Positions 19,510 to 30,080 of a stretch of DNA of 63,041 nucleotides are shown piece after piece. Within the stretch, counting starts at the first letter, position 1. Every line of letters begins with the position of its first letter. The translations under genes were made by a program, and so were the position numbers. Below the pieces are notes generated by a model that was not told the origin of the DNA, ran no database searches, and worked only from the letters and a program-made list of their open reading frames with translations. Source of the DNA: Paracoccus sp. (in: a-proteobacteria) (GTDB lineage Bacteria > Pseudomonadota > Alphaproteobacteria > Rhodobacterales > Rhodobacteraceae); assembly GCA_030538135.1 (NCBI GenBank), contig JAUNUO010000002.1, positions 1 to 63,041 of the forward strand. The letters are read 5' to 3'.

Positions 19510-21639
19510 TTGCGACTTCTGGTTTATGCGGACGTCGATCTCAACTTGATTGATGGATCGACGATTTGGGTTCAAAGCCTGCTTGAGGTCCTGCGATTGA
19601 CCTACCCGGCTGCACAACTGACACTAGTCAGCCGTGAGACGCTGAAGGGCATAGCCGTTGGGGCGACACTCAGCCGGGATACGCGGATTGATATTCAGTG
19701 CTGCGATCCGGCGCTGATCGCTGCCGCCAAGCCCTCGGCAGATGCCGTGGCCGCCGTTGTGTGCCAGACCATCGCCGATCTGCACGCCAAGACCCCGTTC
19801 GACCGGATCATCGTGCGCAGCACCGAGGTTGCGCAACATCTGACCAGAAATCCGGGATTGGCCCCGAAAGTCTGGGCCTATCTGCTGCAATCGCCCGCTT
19901 TGACCTTTGCTGATGACAGTCTGGAAGAGATTGCCCAGAAGCTGGGCGGGCTGATCGTGCAGACCGATGCTCAACGCGCCTTGCTGGAAGCATTGGTGCC
20001 TGAGGCAAGCAACAAGACTTCGGTCCTGCCGCCGATGGTTACGGTTCTCGACCAGACGCAGCCGGTTTCGGCCAATCCGGATGGCAAAGGGGTGCGGTTT
20101 CTCTATTCGGGTAAATACTCTAAAAGCTGGAACGTCGAGGCGTTCTTCGACATTCCAGCCGCGTGCGCAGCAAAAGGGGTCGCGGCCTCGGTGACGCTGA
20201 TTGGCGACAAGGTGCATCGCGAAGCGGATGACGCGGATTTCCATCCTAGGATCCTGCGCAAATTCAAGCAAACCCCAGGAATCGTCTGGCTGGGTGCGAT
20301 GGAGCGTGACGCGACGGTGGCCGAAGCCGTGCATCATGATCTGGGTCTTTGCTGGAGGATGGATGAATTGAACGACTCGCTTGAAATTTCGACGAAATTT
20401 CTGGAATTTGCCAGTCAGGGTGTCCCGGCAGTGGTCAATCGCACGGCTGCTTATGAGGATATTCTGGGCACGGATTATCCCTATTTCGCCAAAAACATGC
20501 AGGATGTGGTCCGAATCGCGGCCAAGGTGGCAGCCGATCCAGCTGCGCATCGCAAAATCCGCGAACAGGTGCGCCAGCTATCGCGCGATTACACCTATAA
20601 GGCGGCCAGCCAGCGGCTGAAACATGCGCTGCATCTGGACACAAGCGGGCCCGCCCCGACCCGCAAGGTAAATGTCCTGATTTCCAGCCATGACCTAAAA
20701 TTCCTGAAGCTCGCTCTTGAGCGGTTGGAAGACAGCGGACGTTATGCATTTCATTACGACATGCAGAAAAAATCAGTGATCTATGAGAGAAGCCTTGAAC
20801 CGCTGCCGGAAGCTGATGTGATTTTCTGCGAATGGTGCGCTGCGCAGGCTGTCTGGTACAGCAAAAACAAGCGCCCCGATCAACGTCTGTACATCCGGCT
20901 GCACCGGTTTGAGGCCTTTACCGATCTTCCAAAAAGAGTCGAGATAGATGCGGTTGATGGCGTCATCTTGGTAAGCGATTATTTCCGGGACCTGTGCATG
21001 CGAGAATATGGCTGGCCACGGGAAAAGCTGGTCGTCATTCCACAATATTGCGTCGCCGAACAATTCCGGCGTCCGAAACATCCCGGTTATGAGGTCACGC
21101 TGGGTCTAGTCGGTATGAACGATTCCCGCAAGCATCCTGATCTAGCGCTGGATATCCTGAAACAGGTACGGCGCCAACGCCCGGAATTTCGGCTGCGCAT
21201 TCGTTCGACAATGCCTTGGGATATCAGTTGGGTCTGGAACAAGGCCCCGCAGCGGGACTATTACGAATCGCTGTTTCGCCGGGTCGAAACCGATCCCGAT
21301 CTGAACGGCGCCGTCATTTTTGACCGCTCGGGGCCGAACATGGCCGAATGGTATCGCAATATCGGCTATCTTCTGTCGACCAGCGAAAGCGAAGGTTGTC
21401 ACACTTCGGTGGCCGAGGCTTTGTGTTCCGGTGCGCGTGCCTCGGTCATAAATTGGGATGGAGCAAGAACGCTCTACAATGCCTATGTGAACGATACGCC
21501 AGAGGAAATGGCCGCAGCGATCCTGCGCCGGGCCGAAGCTCCTCTCTCAGCCGATGAAATGCGCAATTTGCAGGACGAATCGGCGCAGATGTTCGACATC
21601 TCGCGCACGGTGGGCCAATTGCGGCATTGGTTCGGCTGA
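19510..21639 (+). CDS. Two-module GT-B glycosyltransferase
   Basis: DLNLIDGSTIW, LEISTKFLEF, second module STSESEGCHTSVAEAL; TTG start after AAGGAG RBS (ORF track starts it at 19414). Confidence 0.8.
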   Translation: MRLLVYADVDLNLIDGSTIWVQSLLEVLRLTYPAAQLTLVSRETLKGIAVGATLSRDTRIDIQCCDPALIAAAKPSADAVAAVVCQTIADLHAKTPFDRIIVRSTEVAQHLTRNPGLAPKVWAYLLQSPALTFADDSLEEIAQKLGGLIVQTDAQRALLEALVPEASNKTSVLPPMVTVLDQTQPVSANPDGKGVRFLYSGKYSKSWNVEAFFDIPAACAAKGVAASVTLIGDKVHREADDADFHPRILRKFKQTPGIVWLGAMERDATVAEAVHHDLGLCWRMDELNDSLEISTKFLEFASQGVPAVVNRTAAYEDILGTDYPYFAKNMQDVVRIAAKVAADPAAHRKIREQVRQLSRDYTYKAASQRLKHALHLDTSGPAPTRKVNVLISSHDLKFLKLALERLEDSGRYAFHYDMQKKSVIYERSLEPLPEADVIFCEWCAAQAVWYSKNKRPDQRLYIRLHRFEAFTDLPKRVEIDAVDGVILVSDYFRDLCMREYGWPREKLVVIPQYCVAEQFRRPKHPGYEVTLGLVGMNDSRKHPDLALDILKQVRRQRPEFRLRIRSTMPWDISWVWNKAPQRDYYESLFRRVETDPDLNGAVIFDRSGPNMAEWYRNIGYLLSTSESEGCHTSVAEALCSGARASVINWDGARTLYNAYVNDTPEEMAAAILRRAEAPLSADEMRNLQDESAQMFDISRTVGQLRHWFG

Positions 21640-21742
21640 AGGTGGGTCGTTAGGGCCAGGGCTGATTCTGGTATCATAACCAGAAAAAGACAGTTGCGGC
21701 GAGTGCGACGACGGACACACGTATAAGTCCGTCCGGGAGAAG

Positions 21743-21922
21743 TGAGCTACTCCCCATCGCCTGGACAGTTTCGGGGATGATTTAAGCTACTCTCTGCCCC
21801 TGCTGGCCGGTTTCGATCTGGTTGAAGTAGACCACGGCGGGCGGCTGTCCGCCATGGGCGGCATGAGGCCGCTGGTGATTGTAGAAGGTGATCCATCGGC
21901 CGACACCGGCCTTGGCCTGCGA
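21743..21922 (-). mobile_element. IS3-family right-end remnant (copy 2)
   Basis: Reverse complement of 15060-15239 with one visible mismatch. Confidence 0.85.
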
Positions 21923-21944
21923 GCCGAGTGAGGCTCCGGTCGAT

Positions 21945-22016
21945 GTTCATGCCGAGTTGAAGCGGCTGCGGCGAGAGAATGGGATCCTGAAGCAGGAGCG
22001 CGACATCTTAAAAAAC
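21945..22016 (+). mobile_element. IS3 orfA C-terminal fragment ending at an A6 run (frameshift-site-like)
   Basis: AELKRLRRENGILKQERDILKK. Confidence 0.65.
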
Positions 22017-22241
22017 CGTCTCGGGCCTGAGCCCGCCTGCGCGCGGTAGCAACAGCTTGTGCTATGCTCATTGTGAAGGGCAGATGCCGACTGCTTATTG
22101 GTGGGATAGACCCCGTTAAAAAACGTGGCACATGGGCTGATGCGCACTTGAGAGTGGCGACGCTGCCTTGTCAGTGATCCCGGTTAGGAAGATGACGGAC
22201 TTGCATGGCCCATGCCCTTCGTTCTGTTCGGAGGAGATGCC

Positions 22242-23603
22242 ATGACCACGATTACGCCCGGTGACCACCCGGATCTGAAGCTGGTCAACCCCAAGGCTGC
22301 GGCAATCGACATCGGTTCGACCATGCACATGGCGGCGGTGAACCCCGAGGCCAGCGACACGCCAGTCAGACCATTCGGCACGTTTACGCAGGACCTGCAT
22401 GATATGGCCGACTGGCTCAAGGCCTGCGGCGTGACCAGCATTGCCATGGAATCGACAGGTGTCTACTGGATCCCGGCGTTCGAGATTCTGGAGGCGCGTG
22501 GCTTCGAGGTTGTCCTTGTGAATGCCCGATATGCCAAGAATGTGCTGAACCGCAAAACCGATGTCAGCGATGCAGGCTGGTTACGTCAGTTGCATTCCTA
22601 TGGGCTGCTGCGAGGCAGCTTCCGCCCGGATGCCGAGATTGCCACATTGCGCGCCTATACGCGTCAGCGTGAGCGGCTGATCGAATACGCTGCGGCCCAT
22701 ATCCAGCATATGCAAAAGGCACTGATGGAGATGAATCTGCAGCTGCATCATGTGGTGTCGGACATCACCGGGGCGACCGGGATGCGGATCATCCGCGCCA
22801 TCGTTGCCGGCGAGCGCGACCCCGAGATATTAGCTGGTTTCCGCAATGTTCGCTGCCATGCCTCGGCTGAAGTGATCAAGGCGGCCCTCGTCGGCAATGA
22901 TCGAGACGAGCATGTCTTCGCGCTCACCCAATCGCTGGAACTTTATGATTTCTATCATGCCAAGATCGAAGATTGCGATCGCAAGCTCGAAGCGGCTGTC
23001 GCAGCATTGACGATCAAAGCGCAGGGGAACATTCCGCCTTTGCCCAAGGCCAGAGTCAAGCGCAAGCAGGCGGGCACGCCTTCTTTTGATGTGCGGGCGG
23101 CGCTACATGGCATTCTGGGCACGGACCTCACGCAGATCCATGGGCTGGGTCCATCACTTGCCCTGAAGCTGGTCGCCGAATGCGGCACAGATCTGCGGGC
23201 GTGGAAAAGCGCCAAGCACTTTACCTCGTGGCTCTGCCTGGCACCCGGCAACAAGATCTCTGGCGGGAAGCTGCTGTCGTCGCGCACCCGGCGTTCATCC
23301 AGTCGTGCGGCTGCGCTTTTGCGATTGGCGGCAACGACCATAGGACGCAGTGACACCACCTGGGGGGCGTTTTACCGACGCCTGTCCGCACGGATCGGCA
23401 AGCAGAAGGCTGTGACTGCGACCGCGCGCAAGATTGCAGTGCTGTTCTACAATGCCATTCGCTTCGGGATAACATACAGGGATCCCGGAGCTGCGGCATA
23501 TGAAGAGCGGCACCGAGGCAGGGTTCTGGCCAATCTCCAGCGGCGTGCCAAGACACTCGGCTTTGCCTTGGCACCTCTCCCTGACAGCGAGGCTGTTTCT
23601 TAG
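22242..23603 (+). mobile_element. IS110-family transposase (apparently intact) with ~220-bp upstream non-coding region
   Basis: AAIDIG, AMESTGVYW, RKTDVSDA (DEDD), NKISGG; GGAGG RBS. Confidence 0.92.
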
Positions 23604-24473
23604 GAAGGCCAGCTTTCCGATCAGCCGGATGTGCCGCGTCCTCGGGGTTAGTCAGAGCGGCTTCTTCGCTTGGCAGGAACGGCCTGCCTGTCGCCGCCAG
23701 CAGCAGGACATGGTCTATCTGGCCCATATCCGCACGGCCTTCGCGCTGTCGAACGGCACATATGGCAGCCCGCGCATGCACCGCGACCTCGTCGACGAAG
23801 GCCATGAGATCGGGCGGCATCGCACGGCACGCCTGATGCGCGAGAACCAGTTGATCGCGCGACAGAAACGGCGCTTCAAGCGGACGACGGACAGCGAACA
23901 TGCCTGGCCCGTCGCGCCGAACCTCGTGGCGCAGGACTTCACGACGGATGGCCCTGACCGGAAGTGGGGGGCGGACATCTCCTACATCTGGACGGCAGAG
24001 GGCTGGCTCTACCTCGCTGTCGTGCTGGATCTCTTCTCGCGGCGCGTCGTCGGCTGGGCCACGAGTGACCGCCTGAAGCGCGATCTTGCGGTGGAAGCCC
24101 TGCGCCGTGCTTTCGTGGCTCGCAACCCCGCGTCCGGGCTGGTTCATCATTCCGACCGCGGATCGCAATACTGCTCTGTGGACTATCAGGCACTGCTCCG
24201 CAAACGCGGCATCCTGATCTCGATGAGCGGGCGCGGGAACTGCTACGACAACTCGATGGTCGAAACGTTCTTCAAGACCATCAAGTCGGAGCTGATTTGG
24301 CCGGTTGCGTGGCAATCCCGCCAGCAGGCTGAAAATGCCGTCGCCAGATACATCGACGGGTTCTATAACCCGGTCAGGCGACATTCATCGCTCGGCTTCC
24401 AGAGCCCCATCGCCTTCGAGCGAAAGGCCCACGAAGTGGGCTAAACGCCCTCCACAAAACCTGGGCAAGTCCA
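23604..24473 (+). mobile_element. IS3-family orfB (integrase core) plus right IR
   Basis: PISRMCRVLGVS, WGADISYI, HHSDRGSQY, CYDNSMVETFF; IR ..CTGGGCAAGTCCA. Confidence 0.9.
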
Positions 24474-24610
24474 GATTGCAACTGAGTGGCTGTGGTCCTA
24501 CAACAACGAGCGCCCGAATATGTGCAACAGCGGGATGACACCCGCACAAAAACTGAGATTGGCCGCGTAAGCTCTACGACCAAACCCCCGCAAAAATGGG
24601 GGGATTACCC
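24474..24610 (+). mobile_element. IS3-family right-end remnant
   Basis: ATEWLWSYNNERPNM..TPAQKLRLAA*; IR AAAATGGGGGGATTACC. Confidence 0.75.
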
Positions 24611-24639
24611 TCGCAACACAATCAGAGGAATATTTATAT

Positions 24640-25403
24640 AATGCCAGAATATACGATAGAAGAGGAAAGCAGGAAGATACGGTATAGTTTGACTCCTGCA
24701 ACGACAAAAAATTCCCCCTTATTATCATATTTCACGGACATTCTCGCAACCCGCGGCCTTCCAAATTCCAGCATCCAGCGTGGAATGTATTATGTCCAGT
24801 CGATGATTTCGGCTATGATAATACTGGCTCTTGGTTCTTGGGAGAAGACGGAGATTTCTTCTGGATCGACGCTCTAAGAAAAATAATACATAAAGTTTAT
24901 GCCGGCGAAGAAATATATATGTGCGGCAGTAGCATGGGAGGCTACGCTGCCATCCTCCACGGCACTTCATTAGACGCTGTGGCAGTATACGCAAATATTG
25001 CGCAAACTTGGCTTCTAGGATCAAATTATTCCGAAATAGGGATGAAAAAATTTTTTCTCCAATATTTGGAGATTTGATTTACGAAAAGTACAACGATCTG
25101 ACCCAATTAGTTAGGGCTGGACAAAAAACAAGTTACATGCTGTCAGGGATTCGATGGGATAGCCCCAATTATATCCAGGAGCAAACACTTAGATTTGCAA
25201 ATCATCTTGCCGATTCAGACATAAATCTCAGCATCGATCTGCGGCTTGGATCAGGCCATAACCTTACCCACACCATGCCAGAAATTGCCGAAATATTCAC
25301 TCAGAATAAAAGTGACTTCTTGCATTATAGGAAAATAAAATCCACTAGGTCAGCGACATCTTCAATCTCACAGTGTTACGGCTCTGGCCCCGCACACGAG
25401 TGA
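24640..25403 (+). pseudogene. AT-rich alpha/beta-hydrolase-like gene with two frameshifts
   Basis: IIFHGH..GSSMGGYAA (GxSxG)..GHN; frame breaks near homopolymers at ~24715 and ~25050. Confidence 0.55.
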
Positions 25404-26937
25404 GCCTCAAGGATGAGACCTCTTCAAATTTTCCAAAGTCATAAGAATAATATGAAGCAATCCGCTCGACAGAGGTATCGCCGTCGATTTCTATTCTAAG
25501 CGCCCCCTCTCCACCATCCGCGACATGGATAGTGCAATCGCTATAAGAAAATCCAAGATTCGAGTACAGATTGCTAGCCAAGACCGCCTCTTCTATCTGG
25601 GTACAACTATCTTCAACAATGAATGACCCCTCTCGTATCCCAGACAAATCAATTCTACGACGAACTGCATAGCCATGACTGTAACTCTCGCCTTCAATAA
25701 CCATCCCATCGACCCTGGTACGAGGAGTAAATCCATTTAACTTCGAGGGAATTCTAAGTGGACTTACATCAACGATGTGGGGCAAGTTATGGGATATACT
25801 GGACCTAATAGTCTTTCTCATAACATCGTTCTCATTGTGAGAGCCAAGCCCACCATCCCCAAGCAGAACAGCGCCGCCAAAATAAAGGTGGACTGACAGA
25901 TCGTCATCATGCCTATGGTAGTGGGAAAAATGTGAATTTTTAAAAATCATATGAAAATCTTTATTAAGTACGGTGCCGCGAACTATGACATATCCTGAGT
26001 CACTAAAATCACAAATATCAATCTGACACTTTTGCAAATAAGGCAACCCCGCATACCCGCCCCGCGTATCCCCGATCATCGGAAGTTGACCATTGGGGAG
26101 TGTTACGGCAGCAAGAAAATGTTCTGCATCCGAAATGAGCCTCTCTCCAATTTGTGATATTTCGCACTCTCCCAGAGTTCTCATCTCTTGAAGTTGCCTC
26201 AATCTTTGAATCATTGTTTTTTGATAGCCAAGACTATTTTCTTTATGAACACCCTGCGCGGTGAAAGCAAAGTTTAATTCACCCTTCAACCTGACACGGT
26301 TCGTCTCTCTATACGCGTCAAAATGTGGCGCCCGGTACATCAATGCCACGGTCAACCCTGCCAGCGCTTGATCAAAACCGTGATTTGTGTGCTTGGAATA
26401 GTTTTTATCATCCTGCAACCAATCTAAGTGTTGAAAAATTAAATCAGCAACAACCTCAGTCACTGGATCATCTTCAACTCCAATTTCTTTGGCGCTGCAA
26501 AACAGCAGCCAATTCGATAAATTTCTAAGCCTGTAAGCCACTGTGTGATCGTGCCAAGCAAGTGGGGAATTCGGGTTGGACATCGCTCGATCAACCCAAC
26601 ACGTCATAGCTGCACAGCAAATCTTATAGTAATTTTTTGCCTCATCTCCTTTCATCCTGTCGAAACTTTTAATAAACCATTCGAGAAAAGGAAGCGACTG
26701 CAACTGCCACCACCAATTCCGGTCAAAGCCGACCTCCTGCCAGTTAAAATTCACAATATCTATCTCAACATCGTCAAAACTCTTTGCTTCAAGAGCACTA
26801 TGATAAAACAATTTTTTAAGCTTTAAATAGTCAGATTGGCTGCTCCCGAAGCCGCCCGAAGCGGCAAAATTGATAGAAGTATATGTGGCCGATCTCAAAA
26901 GTTCCGAGGCTGTCACTGCAATGCACTCCGTTATCAC
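25345..26937 (-). CDS. Heparinase II/III family protein (AT-rich)
   Basis: WHDHTVAYRL, NHG, GVHKENS.GY, LPMIGDT, DSGY, HRHDDDLS, SHN. Confidence 0.8.
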   Translation of the reverse strand: MITECIAVTASELLRSATYTSINFAASGGFGSSQSDYLKLKKLFYHSALEAKSFDDVEIDIVNFNWQEVGFDRNWWWQLQSLPFLEWFIKSFDRMKGDEAKNYYKICCAAMTCWVDRAMSNPNSPLAWHDHTVAYRLRNLSNWLLFCSAKEIGVEDDPVTEVVADLIFQHLDWLQDDKNYSKHTNHGFDQALAGLTVALMYRAPHFDAYRETNRVRLKGELNFAFTAQGVHKENSLGYQKTMIQRLRQLQEMRTLGECEISQIGERLISDAEHFLAAVTLPNGQLPMIGDTRGGYAGLPYLQKCQIDICDFSDSGYVIVRGTVLNKDFHMIFKNSHFSHYHRHDDDLSVHLYFGGAVLLGDGGLGSHNENDVMRKTIRSSISHNLPHIVDVSPLRIPSKLNGFTPRTRVDGMVIEGESYSHGYAVRRRIDLSGIREGSFIVEDSCTQIEEAVLASNLYSNLGFSYSDCTIHVADGGEGALRIEIDGDTSVERIASYYSYDFGKFEEVSSLRLTRVRGQSRNTVRLKMSLT

Positions 26938-26994
26938 CTGGCTCTACTGCATAAACTCTGTGACGATTTCATATCGTAGATTCAGCGGGATCGA

Positions 26995-27050
26995 TAGGTG
27001 TTTGATCCCACGGTTTGATGGTGCGATCCTTTCTTTGGAATGGAAGGGTA
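26995..27050 (+). mobile_element. Probable IS481-type left-end remnant
   Basis: TAGGTGTTTGATCCCACGGTTTGATGGTGCGATC resembles IS481-family ends as recalled; marks the edge of the AT-rich block. Confidence 0.4.
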
Positions 27051-27185
27051 CTTTAGGAACGTCTGATCAACGGCTTCTGCTGCGCCGAGATGGGGGCCCG
27101 ACCCGTTGTGCCACCGGACGATCTGCTTCCGTGGGCAGTTTTCGTGTTTTGCGGACCGCTCGATCGGCCCATTCAGGGGTTTCAG

Positions 27186-27453
27186 GCAAGAGGGGCCGGA
27201 TCGGTGGCAGACCCCCGGCGCTGACACCGGAACAGGCGGAAACCTGCAAGAAATTGCTGGCCGAGGGCGAGAGCGTGGCCGGTATTGCGCGCCAGTTCCG
27301 GGTCAGCCGGTCCACGATTGCGCGCCTACGGCGCACGGAAGGCGTCTGATTGCGCCGCCTCACGATGCATCGCCTTCTTCGGCGAGCCTGCGTTCGTTCA
27401 GCCCGATCAGCGATCCGGTGATGTTCAGGCGGCCCAGCTGATGGGCACGGATC
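27186..27453 (+). repeat. Direct repeat of 61975-62242 (resolvase 3' end plus repC 3' end)
   Basis: Near-identical sequence, including KRGRIGGRPPALTPEQAETCKK.. Confidence 0.9.
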
Positions 27454-27610
27454 ATGCCCTGCATATAGCCGCCAAGGCTGATGACCGGGGTTTCAGGGTT
27501 CGTTCGGCGCGCATCGGTAATCAGCACGCAGAGCATGAGATCTTCTTCGGACATTTCATCGGCCCACTTGTCCCAAAGTCGCGAACGCAGCCCGAGGCGG
27601 GGCAGCTGAT
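27360..27610 (-). pseudogene. repC: RepC replication protein, C-terminal remnant
   Basis: PVISLGGYMQGMIRAHQLGRLNITGSLIGL resembles the RepC C-terminus. Confidence 0.55.
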
Positions 27611-27775
27611 CCCGTGCGCGCAGCACAGCTCCGGCACCGGAAGCCCGCCCTCCGCCTGGCGCAGCACGCCCATGATCTGGGCTTCGTGAAACGGCTCTTC
27701 TTCATCGGAATCTCCTCGTCGATCTTGCCGAGAAAATTCTACGTCCAAATCCCCTTAACCATGGGGAGGATTACC
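27605..27775 (-). mobile_element. IS3-family left end with frameshifted orfA
   Basis: IR GGTAATCCTCCCC; MKKSRF/EAQIMGVLRQAEGGLPVPELC. Confidence 0.8.
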
Positions 27776-28154
27776 GGATGATGATATCATCCCGATAGGT
27801 GGCGCTGGTGCCAGCCAAAGTAGAGGTGCCAGCGGTCAGGTCGGATACACGGAACGTGATGTTTTGCGCGCCAACATCCATATTGGTGCCGGGGTGAACG
27901 GTGCTGTCGTTCGGGTTATCGGAAAAATCGAACGTCAGTATGCCAAGGCTTTGATTGGAGGATATGTTTGTGCCAGATGTCCAACTAAACTGACCTTCAG
28001 CAGCCTCTGCCAAGCCGCGACCAGTGGGAATCCCGGTTGAAGTCAGCGTTACTGTTTCCCCACCAAGTTTTGATACAGATATTGGTGGCATATTACTGAA
28101 GTCACTGACACCGCCAGCGGCGGCTTTGAAGACGGTTGCGCGGACTGTCGTCAT
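27771..28154 (-). pseudogene. Thr/Ser/Gly-rich protein truncated by IS insertion (possible surface/RTX-type protein)
   Basis: Stop codon lies inside the IS IR; RBS AAAGGG; ends ..GTSATYRDDIII. Confidence 0.45.
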
Positions 28155-28188
28155 GTTTTCCCTTTCAGACGTTCCCTAACCGAGACGG

Positions 28189-28809
28189 TTAGGCGGTCAG
28201 CAACCCAGTGATTTCGGCCGGATTGTCTATGACATGATCAAAGGCATCGAGGATCCGCGACAAAAGCGGAAAACGATGCGCCGCTGCTGGCCGGATCAGG
28301 ATTGCAGTGATCCCTGCCGCGCGCGCCTTCTGCACCATCGTGACTAGTTCGACGGTCGCCGATACGTCCCGCAGGGTCAAAGCATGTTGCCAGCCGAGTT
28401 CCTGAGCCAGAGCGTCGGCTTCGATCACCAGCATGTCGGGAGCATGATTGGCCAAAGCACGGTCATAGCTGTCATAGGGTAGGGCGGCCTGGATCAGGAA
28501 GAGCTGCATATGCCGCGCGGATTCGTTACTGACGATTCCCATGGCGATGGCAGCGCTGTTTTTCTTCCAGTGATGGTCCGCCGCTGCCAGATGTAGTCGC
28601 TCGGCGATCTGATAGCCCGGAGTTGGTGGTTGAAACTGGGTACGAACACCATAGGTGGTTTGCGCCTTGGGGTCGGTCACATCAGGGCGCAGATAGCGAT
28701 TCATGATCTTGGCCGAATTCCCCCGGCCAAGATTCTGCAGGACTTTGGCTGCATGTGACAGCAAGTGATTTCGGGTGCGCGAATCCGGGCTGCGTTCATG
28801 TGTCGTCAT
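28189..28809 (-). CDS. Hypothetical polysaccharide-locus protein (resembles glycosyltransferase accessory domain)
   Basis: ATGA-coupled to wecC; PDMLVIE..GW..ARAAGITAIL. Confidence 0.55.
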   Translation of the reverse strand: MTTHERSPDSRTRNHLLSHAAKVLQNLGRGNSAKIMNRYLRPDVTDPKAQTTYGVRTQFQPPTPGYQIAERLHLAAADHHWKKNSAAIAMGIVSNESARHMQLFLIQAALPYDSYDRALANHAPDMLVIEADALAQELGWQHALTLRDVSATVELVTMVQKARAAGITAILIRPAAAHRFPLLSRILDAFDHVIDNPAEITGLLTA

Positions 28810-30080
28810 GACGGGCGGCCAGTCCAGACGCCGCGCGTATCGATGATGCGTTTGCCAGCCGGGGCGGGCATCGCCTTGAAGTCGTCGTGATCAACCAGCA
28901 AAACCAGCACGTCACAAGCTGACAAGGCGTCGCTGGCCCGTAAAATCCGGGTCTTGCCTTCAAGGCCTGAGGGCAGATCCTGAATGAAAGGTTCGACCAC
29001 ATCAACCTGACCGGGATAAAGCTCGGTCAAACGGGCGGCGATGTTCAAAGCAGGACTTTCGCGCAGATCGTCGATATTCGGTTTGAAGGTCAGACCAAAA
29101 CAGGCGATGCGCGCCGGAGTGTCCGCGCCCGCAGCATGTTCGGCCATGGCCTGATGCACTTTGGTCAGCACCCATTCCGGCTTGGCATTATTGACTTCGC
29201 GCGCGGCGCGGATGATGCGGGCCTCTTCGGGGGTCTGACTCACGATGAACCAGGGATCGACGGCAATGCAATGTCCGCCCACGCCCGGACCCGGTTGCAG
29301 GATATTGACCCGAGGATGGCGGTTGGCCAGTCGGATCAGTTCCCACACATTGATGCCCAACCGATCGCAGATCAGCGACAATTCGTTCGCAAAGGCAATA
29401 TTCACATCACGGAAGCTGTTTTCGGTCAGTTTGGCCATTTCGGCGGTGCGGCAATCGGTTTCGATGCAATCACCCTCCACGGCCAGTTTGTAAAGCGCGC
29501 GGGCGCGGCTGGCGCAAAGGGGAGTCATGCCACCGATGATGCGGTCATTGCTGACCAATTCGCGGAGCGCATGGCCAGGGAGGATTCGCTCGGGGCAATG
29601 GGCAACGCGGATATCGGATTCCTCGCCATGGGTTTGCGGGAAGGTCAGGTCAGGACGTTCTTCGGCCAGCCATACGGCCATCTGCTCGGTCGCGCCAACG
29701 GGACTGGTAGATTCGAGGATCACCAGATCACCCTTTTTAAGCACCGGTGCAATCAAGCGTGCTGCCGCCTCCACAAAAGTCAGGTCCGGGTCGCGTATGT
29801 GCTCATCCACAACGAGGGGGGTCGGCACCGCGATCAGAAAGGCATCTGCCGCCTCGGGCAAGGTCGTTGCGCGCAGATGACCCGCAGCAACCGTGCGGCG
29901 CAGGGCGTCCTCTAGGCCCGGCTCAACGATATGAGTCTTGCCGTGATTGATGTTATCGACGGCGCGATGATTAATATCCAGCCCGATGACATTCACGCCA
30001 CGCAGGGCAAAAACGACGGCTGTCGGCAAGCCGATATAGCCAAGGCCTACCATGCAGATATTGTTGAATTTCATGGTCAC
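28806..30080 (-). CDS. wecC: UDP-N-acetyl-D-mannosamine dehydrogenase
   Basis: [57 protein letters not shown]. Confidence 0.95.
   Translation of the reverse strand: MTMKFNNICMVGLGYIGLPTAVVFALRGVNVIGLDINHRAVDNINHGKTHIVEPGLEDALRRTVAAGHLRATTLPEAADAFLIAVPTPLVVDEHIRDPDLTFVEAAARLIAPVLKKGDLVILESTSPVGATEQMAVWLAEERPDLTFPQTHGEESDIRVAHCPERILPGHALRELVSNDRIIGGMTPLCASRARALYKLAVEGDCIETDCRTAEMAKLTENSFRDVNIAFANELSLICDRLGINVWELIRLANRHPRVNILQPGPGVGGHCIAVDPWFIVSQTPEEARIIRAAREVNNAKPEWVLTKVHQAMAEHAAGADTPARIACFGLTFKPNIDDLRESPALNIAARLTELYPGQVDVVEPFIQDLPSGLEGKTRILRASDALSACDVLVLLVDHDDFKAMPAPAGKRIIDTRGVWTGRPS

Noticed and set aside
24474-27775. Composite transposon formed by the two GGTAATCC-type IS ends
   Set aside because: The two remnants are in opposite orientation and their ends do not bracket the island as a mobile unit
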